Shown here one piece after another: positions 1 through 9,100 of a stretch of DNA of 42,979 nt. The stretch is from a virus. The stretch is taken from positions 1 through 42,979 of IMG/VR virus record IMGVR_UViG_3300029619_000014, one strand, 5' to 3'. The notes beneath the pieces were generated by a model, which was given only the letters and a program-made list of their open reading frames with translations, was not told the origin of the DNA and made no database searches. How positions within the stretch are numbered: position 1 is the stretch's first letter; each line of letters opens with the position of its first letter. Position numbers and translations under genes: made by a program.

Positions 1-108
1 TCATGTCGTTCCACTTTTCCATGTAGCCCGCCGCGCGGTAGAACACGTTCGCCTGCCTTGCGATCTCGTTCTTTTCCTGCCGGGTCTCGGCGGCTTTGTA
101 CAGAGGCT
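1..108. repeat. Terminal direct repeat, identical to 42872-42979 (circular assembly overlap or terminal redundancy); unique genome length 42871 bp
   Basis: Both ends compared base by base (tcatgtcgttccacttttcc...ctttgtacagaggct): no mismatch over 108 nt. Confidence 0.95.
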
Positions 109-3100
109 TGAAGTATCTCGTGATCTGCGAGGATATGTCCCGCTTCTGCACGCCGTGGCTCAGATAGTATTGCACCGTCTCCTTCGCGTCCGTGTTCTGC
201 TCCATCGCGTCCGTCAGCTTGCCGTACTTGGAGTAGTCAGGTCCGCCCTTCCATTCCTCCAGCATCCAGTAGGTGTCGTCCTCGGATTCATTCAGATTCT
301 TGCTCAGAATGCGCGTTGCCAGCTTCTCGTCGATGCTGCCCGACTGGAATGCCTCTTTCACCTCCTCGATGACGCCCTTCTGTATCTCCTTCCGCGCGTC
401 GCTGTCCGAAAGCCCCTCCTGCTCCTTGAGCGCCTTGAGCTGCGACTTGTAGATCGGCTCGTACCCGTCCAGCTTCAGATCGCGTATCTTGCGATACATC
501 TGCGCGTAGTTTGCTTTGCTCGCCCGGTCGCGTTCCGCCCGCGCCTCCTTCGCCGCCTGCTCCTCTTCCGAAATGGCGGTCGCCTCCGCGTTGTTGATCG
601 CGCTCTGGACCTTCTCGTCCGCCAGCGCCTGATCTACGTCCATGTAGGCGTCCAACTGCTCGCGCTCGGTGTCGCTCGCGATCACGTTGTAGTAATACAG
701 CGCCTTTGCCTCGTCCGAAATGTCATAGTCCCGCAGCGCTTCGAGCTTTGCATCCTTCTTGCTTACGCCCTCCGGCACGTCCACGTCCTGCATCGCCTGA
801 ATGAGCTTCCACGCCTCGCGCTGCTTCACGTCTGCCGCGCTCATCGCGAGGTACGCGTTCGTCTCCTTCGTGCTGAGTTTCGAGAATCCGCTCTGTACCC
901 AATCGCGCGCCTCCTTCGTGGCGTTGCGTCCGAATACGCCTGCCTGCACGTCGCGCAGCACGGTCCACTTGCCCTCGTCGGTAAACACCGGGTACTGCAT
1001 CTGAAGCTCGCCCTTGTTGTTGCGGTAGAACTTTCCGCCCTTTGCCACAGCATAAATGCCCTGCGCCACCTTGCGTATCTGCCCGCCGCCGAACGGCAGC
1101 CCCAGATACAGCAGCGGGTCTCGGACCTCCTCCCACAGCTTCGCGTTCTTCGTCTCGCTGTCCAGCTCCTTATTGGTCGCCGCCTTCCAGATCGCAGACA
1201 CATCCGGCAGCGCCGAGGAAAACGGCACGCGTCCGCCGCCGAGCACCCCGCCTGCCAGCGGCAGCTCCTCGGCGGTGCTCGTCAGGAAATGCGTCACCGT
1301 GTTCCCAAAGCCCGCAGGCTTTCCCTCATGGATAAAGCCAGCCTCCGAGCCGAACGCCACGTCGAGGACGTTGTTGAGCTTGTAGCCCGTCGCGTCGCCC
1401 ACCAGCTCGTTTGTCATGTCGATCGGGTCAAGCGCCGCCCGTCTGCCCACGACCTTCTCGTAAAGCTCGTTGTATGCCCACGCCGAGAAGAACATCTTGA
1501 ACAGCGCCCACGCCAGCGCCTGCAAGCCCCGCTTGCGCATCTCGCGCGGCAGGTCCTTGAAGATGTTGGAGAACTGGTTGTTCACCTCCAACTGGAACTG
1601 TGTGAACAGCTTCGTAAACGGGTTTTTCGCCTGGAAGCGCGTCGGCGTCGCGCCCTTGCTTCTGTCCGCCATGATGTTTGCCGCAAAGCGGTCCGCCTCG
1701 CGCATCGCGTCCTCCTCCAGCATCCCGCGCCGGAGGTTTTGGTTGTACCGCGCCCGGACGATCGTGTCCGCCGTGAACGTGTCGATCCGCTCCATGGGCA
1801 TAGACAGCTTCGCACTCAGATTTCCCTGCCACGTCCGCACCAGCGGATCGCTGCCCCGGCGGTTCGTCAAAAACGCGCTGCGCTCCCAAAAGCCGTCGTC
1901 GTTCTTCATCGCCGCGAGCGCCTTACCCATCGCCTGCACCATATCGCCCGTGGAAATATAGCCATATGCCTGCGTCAGCGGAATAAAGTTCGTCAGCCAC
2001 GACCCCGGATTCATCGCCACCATGTTTGCCGCCGCGCGGCTCTCCAGCCAGTTCATCGCGTTGTAGAATTTGCGTCCCAGCACGCTCTCCACGCCCCGGT
2101 CAAGCTTGCTCTTCTTGTTCGCCAGCAGGTTTGTGTACTCATCCAGCCACGCCGCAAAGCCCGAAAGCTCAAACTTTGCGTTTTCGTATAGGTCTTTAAT
2201 GCGCAGCTCCTTGTCCTGCTCGCTGATGCTCTCATCCGCCCGGATCGCGTCCACCCGCTCGCGCACGCCCTCGTTCGATGTGCGGTATCTGACCTCCGAC
2301 GCAAATGCCCGCAGCCGCTGAATGTTGTCCGTCTGGAATACGATGTCCGCCGCGCCCTCGATGTACTTGTCAAAGCCCTCCACCGCGTCATACGCTGTGT
2401 TAAAGCCCAGGCGCTCCTTCGCGTTTCCAAACCACGTGATCCCCGGCTTAAAGGTGTGTGTCAGTCCGTTGATGGTCGTCGGCAGCGCCGTCACATCCGC
2501 TTTGATGCCCAGCGCCTTGCCCATCACCGCCAGCACGCCGTCCGTCTGCCCCGGCTGGAAGTGCGGAAAATATCCCCTGCGGTAGTCGATCGGCTCATAG
2601 CCGTTGCGCACGCGCACGTCGTTCATCTGCGTAAACAGCTCATCGTAGATCTTTCGGAACTCCCCAACGGCACGCTCGACCTTCTCTTTGCTGATACCGG
2701 GGTTCTTCTCCCACAGCTCGCGCACCACGGCTTCCCACTCGGCAAGCGTCTTGCCGTCCCGTTTCGCGTCCATTGGCTTCTTCGTGAGCTGCCGGATGTT
2801 GTCCATCGCCTCGCCGTAGAGCTGCACCGCGTGCGCCTCGCTCACCACGTCCCCGGCTTTGACCTTCCGGCTCAGATTCATTTTGCGCACGCGGGCGCGG
2901 TAGTCGTTCTTGAAGCGCGTGGACTTCGCCTGCTGCGTGTGTACCGGCTCAAAGATCGTCTCGTTGATCCTCTTCGCGTCCGCCGCCGGAAATACGTCCT
3001 CGATGTTCCGCTCCGCCGTCTCGCGGTCATACCGAAATCCCGGTGCAAGCCCCTTCTTGTCCTTCGCCTGCTCGGTGTTCTCCAGCAAAGGACGCACCTG

Positions 3101-6100
3101 CTCGCGGTAGCCCTCCTTCACGCCCCTGCGCCACCGGGCGATCTGCGCCGTGAGCGCGGCATAGTCCGCCTTTGCCTCGTACACGTTCAGAATGCTCCGC
3201 GCGTTCTTGCGGTCCTGAATGTCCTCCGGCGCAAGCTCTCCGCGCAGCAGCCGGTCCAGTATCCGCTCGTCCTCGTCCGTCAGCAGATTCTTGCTCTGCA
3301 CCCGCTCATAGGCGCGTCTGGCTTCCCTCTGCCGCTTGTAGAGTTCTTCTACCTCCGCCTGCGACTTCGGCGCTTCCTGCGCCAGCTTCGTCCGCTCGCG
3401 GCTCTCTGCCCACGCTCTGGCGGTGCGCAGCGAGGCTTTCATGTCCTCCACGGCAGCCTCAAAGTCATTCCTTGCCCACCGCTTATAGTCCCCGCCGTCG
3501 CCCTTGTGCGCCTCGTCCAGCGTCTGCTTCGTGATCTGGATCTTATCCGCCACCTCGATCATGCGCATGAGCTGATCCGCCGGGTTCATGATCGCCTCCG
3601 GGAACAGCCCCGGCGCTTCGTCGTGGAGTTCTCCGTACAGCGTGTCGATGCCGATGCCCTCGTTGTTGAGTAAGATCCTCCCGCGCACCGCCCGCCGGAA
3701 CTGCTCAAGGTCTGCGAACTCCGCCCGCACCTCCGGCGTCACTCGGATGCCCGTCTTGAGCAGCTTGACCTTGATATGCTTGAACGTGTCGTAGAACTCG
3801 CGGTCCTCCTCAATGCCGGCGTCGTAGGCGTCCTCAAAGCTCTTGTCGATCGTCTCCTGCGCGATCCTCCCGGTTTTCAGGAACTCGTTCATCATGCCCT
3901 GCACGGCAGGCTTCAGCACCTCGCGCTTTGCCTTGCCCGGAATGCTCATCGCGTTCGCCGCCTGCCGCACCGCGCTGTTCACCGCCTGATCCACAAACGC
4001 CCGCGCCTTCCCCGGCAGCTTGTCGTAGTCGTATGGCTGGAACGCTTCCTGCTCCGCCGCCTCTCTGGCAGCCTCTTCTTCCTCGCGGCGCTTCGCGTCC
4101 TCGCGGGCGGTCTCCTCCTCGCGCCGCAGCATTTCCTCCCGCGCCGCCGCCTGCTCCCGCTCATACGTCTGCGCATAGTCCCGCGCTTTGCGCATCTCCG
4201 GGAGCATTTCCTTCACGCCTGCCTTAAAGCTGTCCCATGCGTGTTCCTTGAACTCCGCCGTCTCCATCTTCTCGGACAGGACGGTTGCCTTCATGATCTG
4301 GCGGCTCACGGATGAAAGGCGCGTGATCTGCTCCCACGATTCCTTTGCCCACGACCCGAACAATTCAGGCGACATCTTGCGCACCTTTTCGTACATCCGG
4401 CTCACGTCATACAGCGGCTGCGCGCCCTTCGCAAAGTCCATCGCTTTCAAGTCTCGCAGTGACCGTGCGAGGACCTTTGCCTTTTCTGGCGTCGCGTTCT
4501 GTAGCTCCTGCTTCTGCTCGTCCGACAGCACGATCCGCCGCGACTTGATGACGTCCAGCACCTCGCTGTACCGTCGTGCAAACTCGTCGTTCATCTGCTT
4601 GGCTTCCCTGTAGGTCGTCTCGAATGCCTGCTCCACGGTGCTTTTCTGCACCTTGCCCGTCTCAATGTACTCGTCGATGATCTTGTTGATCTCAGGTCGG
4701 ACCTTTGTCTCCAAGTCCCAGCCCGCCGCGCTCATCGGATTCGTGAGTTTCTGGACGGTCTCATCCCGGACCTGCTTCATGTACTGCCTGCCGGTTCTTT
4801 GGAGATTCCGCAGTCGGTTTCGTTCCTCGTCGCTTTCCTCCAGCTCCCGCGCGATCTCTCTCTGCTGCTCCTCCTCACTCAGCACCGGCGCGTCCGCGTC
4901 CGTCAGCTCCGGCGCTCGCTCCTGCGTTTCTGGCGAATATTTCCTGTTGACATTTTTGCCCTCTGGTCGTAGACTATTTGTAAACGCAGAGTTGATGGTC
5001 GGAGCGACCTCTCCCGGAGCATTGGCAACTTCGGTGACGCCCCCGACGGACGTAAACTCTGCGTTTGCCTTATTTTCCAAGACAAGCAGCGTGCCGTCCG
5101 GCGCAAGCACTCTGTGCATTTTATAGAAATTCTTGCTGGTTTTTTTGACTACAACTGCCATATTCCCGCGGACGCCGTCAATTTCAATTGGTGCTGCAAT
5201 GGTCACTGTCGCATATCCGCGTCCCTTGTGATTCTCATGCCCGCTGATTTCAATTCCGCGCTTTAAAACACGAGCCAGTGCGGCATAAGCTCCCACCTCT
5301 GCGTCTCCCAGCTTCAAATAGTCCAGGCTGCTGTTCAAACGTTTTTCGTCAATTACGATCGTTCCAAATCCACTGCGTTCTACCTTGAAGCCGGTAGGAC
5401 GCAGTTTTTCTACGACCCACTGCCGCGTGCGGTTCATATCCCATTTTTCAATATCCGCTGGGCTTTGAATCGAGGCAACCGTTTCCATGTTCGCAAGCTC
5501 CTGCCTATGCTCTCGGATTTGTCCCTTTATGCTTTGACTTTCGACCATGTACTCCGCTGCGCTCATTTCGGCAAACACCGTATTCTCGTCCGCCATTTTC
5601 GGCATTGTCGCCCGCCTCTGCTCCGCCGTCATGTTCCGGCGTGCAGTTGCATCCCGCGCCTCGATCTCGCCCGCCGTGTTGTTGTACATTCTTCTGTACT
5701 CGCCCGGCGCATCAGTCATACGGCGATTCAGATCAAGCAGGCTTTGAAACCACTGCTTCGGATAAAGTTCTTCGTAAAGCGCATCCTGCTCTGCTTCGAG
5801 CTTTGTGTAGCGCCTTCCGTCCTCGCTGTTTTCGTCGGACAGGAAAAGTCTCTCCAGCTCTCTTTCCAGTTCGGTATAGCGTATATATTTGTTCTGCTTA
5901 TTCCTCGGTAGGCTGTTTAGGAGTTTATCGTATTCTCTTTGCAGCCGCTCCCCGACAAGATCGCCACTCTCAAATTCCCGCCGTGCCCAGTATTCCGGGC
6001 TTGCGCCGCCTGGGAAACCCTCAATGTCCTGTATGGCGTGTTGTATCTCGTGGATGAGCGTATTTTCCGGCGCGCTTCTCAGACTGCTGTCCAAAGTAAT

Positions 6101-9100
6101 CCTGTTTTCCTGCCTGTTATATACGCCTTGCTTCCCGGCGTCCAATTCTTTAAACCGCAGTTCAACGTTCCTCAGTCGTGGGTACACCTTGAACAGCTCG
6201 TCATGCTTTAGGAAGTCTCCCAGCCGCAGTCCGTCAGAAGTCTGTACACTGAACCTCCTTGCCCAATCAAGCGCCGCTACATAATCCGTGAACACATCGC
6301 CGTACTTTTCCGCGTTGCGCTCGTAAAGGCTGCGCATTTCCGCCTTGTCACCGCGAACCCTTGCAGAGTTGTACTTGCGCACGTCTTTCATTTCGTCGTC
6401 GCTCAGTGCCGCCGCCATATCAGCCTTTGCCGCGTCCAGATCTTCCAACGCCCATTTCCGGCTCGTTGCACCCTGTGCATCCCCGCTACTGTCATACTCT
6501 ATCCCGCTGTCGTCGATCTCGTATCGCCAGTCCTTGCCGTCCAGCGTCCGCGCTACGCCCAGCTCCATCCAAATCTCTTCCGGCGTTCTGCCCGCCGCCT
6601 CCATGCGCTCCGCTTCCGCTCGCACCTCGGCGTCCTTCAATTTTGCAAAGCTGTATCTCTCCGGCGGGCCTCTGGTCTGTGCCGGTTTTTTTGTGCGCTG
6701 GCTCGCGGTGCTGTCTGCGGCGGTGCGCACGGCATTCTGGAGCTTGTCCGCGCCCAAGCCCATGCGGTTGATCCCCGCGTAGGCGTCGCACACGATCTCG
6801 TCCAGATACGCGCTCAGGTCATCGCCTGTGTAGCAGCCCTCGTATGCCTCGCAGTATTTCCGTGCCAGCTTATCCCGCTGCTCCTGCGAAAGCCCCAGCG
6901 CGTCGATCAGGCGCTCCCGCAACCCCGATTCTGCTTCCAGCCGCAGGTGCATCGCCTCGTGCTCGGCGGTCTTGATAACGCCGTCCTTCGCGTCGATGGT
7001 GATCCATACGGTCGTTCCCTGTGTAACGCCCTGCACGCTCATCTCTCTGCCGCCTGCGGTCCTGATTCTGATCGACCCGCTCACAAGACGCACGTCGTCC
7101 GCGCCCGCATCGGTAAGGATTTGCTTCGCCTGCTTGAGTGCGGGATATTCCTGCACCATACCCTCCGGCACGCGGTAGAACATTTTCTGTTCCGAGCCGT
7201 TTTCGATCCCGTCCGCCTTTGGGCTTAACCGTTCCGCTTTCGCAGTGCCGAGGACACTTTGGATTCTAAGGCTTTCCTTGATGCCGAATCCGCCTGCGGA
7301 TTCTTTCTCTGCTCCTCCTGCGCCTCTGCCCACGCGTCCAGACGGCTCATCGGAATCCATACTTGCATCCCGTTCGCCGCCGTTACCAATACCCGCTGTT
7401 CCATTTTCTTCTCCTTTCCGCCTGCCTTCCTTGTAGGCTTCCTGCAATACCTCGTCCGCAATGCCCCTCTGAGAATCCTCACGCTTGAATTTCCAGCCGA
7501 ACCGTCCCTTCCCGTAGGCGACACGCACCGCCTCTGCATACGTCGGGATGTCCATCTGCACGCGGTCGTTTGCATCAAAATACCCGGAGATAAAGTATTG
7601 CGTCATCGCAAAGCCGTATTCGCGCTGCTTTGCGATCCGCTCCAGTTCCGCCGCGTCCTGCTCCTCTGCCGCTCTCCTTGCCGCAAGCTCGGCGGCGCTC
7701 TCCTGCGCCTGTGCGGACTGCTCTGTCTCGCGCAGCTCCTTGTCGGATAGGGTCTGCGTCTCGCGTCCCAACTCCTTCTGCTGCCGCTCGTTCTCCAGCC
7801 GCGCCCGCGCAACGTTCGCCACGTCCTGCATATCCCGCTCCTTCGCTTCCAGATATGCCTCGTCCTGCGCGAGCTGCTCCCGCAGCTCCCGTACCCGCGC
7901 ATTTATGGCTTCCCCTCGGGGGGAAGCTGTCGCCGTAGGCGACTGATGAGGGGAAGGCTCGTTATTTCTGACCTGCTGTGCGTTTGCTTCCAGCCCCCGC
8001 AGCTCCGCCGTCCGCGCATCGTACTGCTTTAGCCGCGCCTTATACTCGCGCAGCGTGTCCCCGACCTTGCCGAGCAGCTTGTCGCCCTTCACGCGCCCGC
8101 GTACATCCTCCTGCCCCGCCTGCCGTAAGACCGTCCGCACCTCCGGCTCGTTGTTTGCACGCTCCAAAGCCTCCCCTTGGTGACCAATGGGAGGTGGCGC
8201 GGAGCGCCGGAAGGGATCAGAACTACCCTCGTTCTGAGCTTCCGCCACGTCTGCCTCCAGCTCCATATTGTCCGGCAGCCCGTCCCCGTCCTCGTCGATC
8301 ACGTCCATATTGGACGGAATGTCGTCCTCCACGTCCATATTTTCCGGCACGTCACTCTCGCTTGCTTCCCGCTGTACCTCCTCCACGGTCCGCTCCGCCG
8401 CGTCGCTCTCTCCGGCTTTGTCCAGCGCGTCGATCAAGCGCCCGAAATCCTGCATATCCGGCGCGCGTCCGTATACCAGTTTGTCGCTGATCGTATCGCG
8501 CGCCGCCTGGACATCCGCGTTTGTGCTGCCGTCCGTCTCCCGGATCAGGATCTTCGCGTACTGCTTCATGTATCGGTCCTGCCGTGCCTGTGACAGCCCG
8601 CTCACCATCCCGGCAGCATCGCCCAGCACGCCGACGAATACGCCGCCGAGGAATGACAGCCCAAGGTCCTCCGCCGTCACTGACCCCTCCAGCGTCCCGT
8701 CCAGCACTAGGCTCTGGAACGTTGGCTCAAGCAGCTCCGCCACGACCTCCTCCAGACCCTCCGATACCAGCCCGAACGCCTTGCTGTCCAGCACCCGCAG
8801 GAGCGTCTTATTTTTCAGTTTCGCCGCCGCCCGGTTGATAAGACCCACGTCCTCGTCATACACCGGGTTTCCGCCGAACAGCTTTTCGGAGAATACTTCC
8901 ACGGCGGCGTTCTCCAAGCCGATCAAAATCGCCTCGCCGTCCGTCGCCCCTGCATTCTTCGCGTCCACCGCCGCGTTGCCGCCCGCTCTGGACGCCATGG
9001 ACGTCAGTGTGGATAGATTCGTCGTCTCTTTGATCGGATTCACGCCGCTCATCCCGGCAAGCCCCGCGTCCAAAAGCATCGACCCGACCGACGGCAGGTT

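Noticed and set aside
7944-7957. Hammerhead ribozyme, suggested by CTGATGAG in element copies D and E
   Set aside because: The CUGAUGA box is not conserved in the other five copies (GGATGAG, GGAAGGG, TGATGGG). No GAAA box or three-stem junction can be drawn on either strand. I also could not fit an HDV-like nested pseudoknot. This remains to be checked with covariance models.
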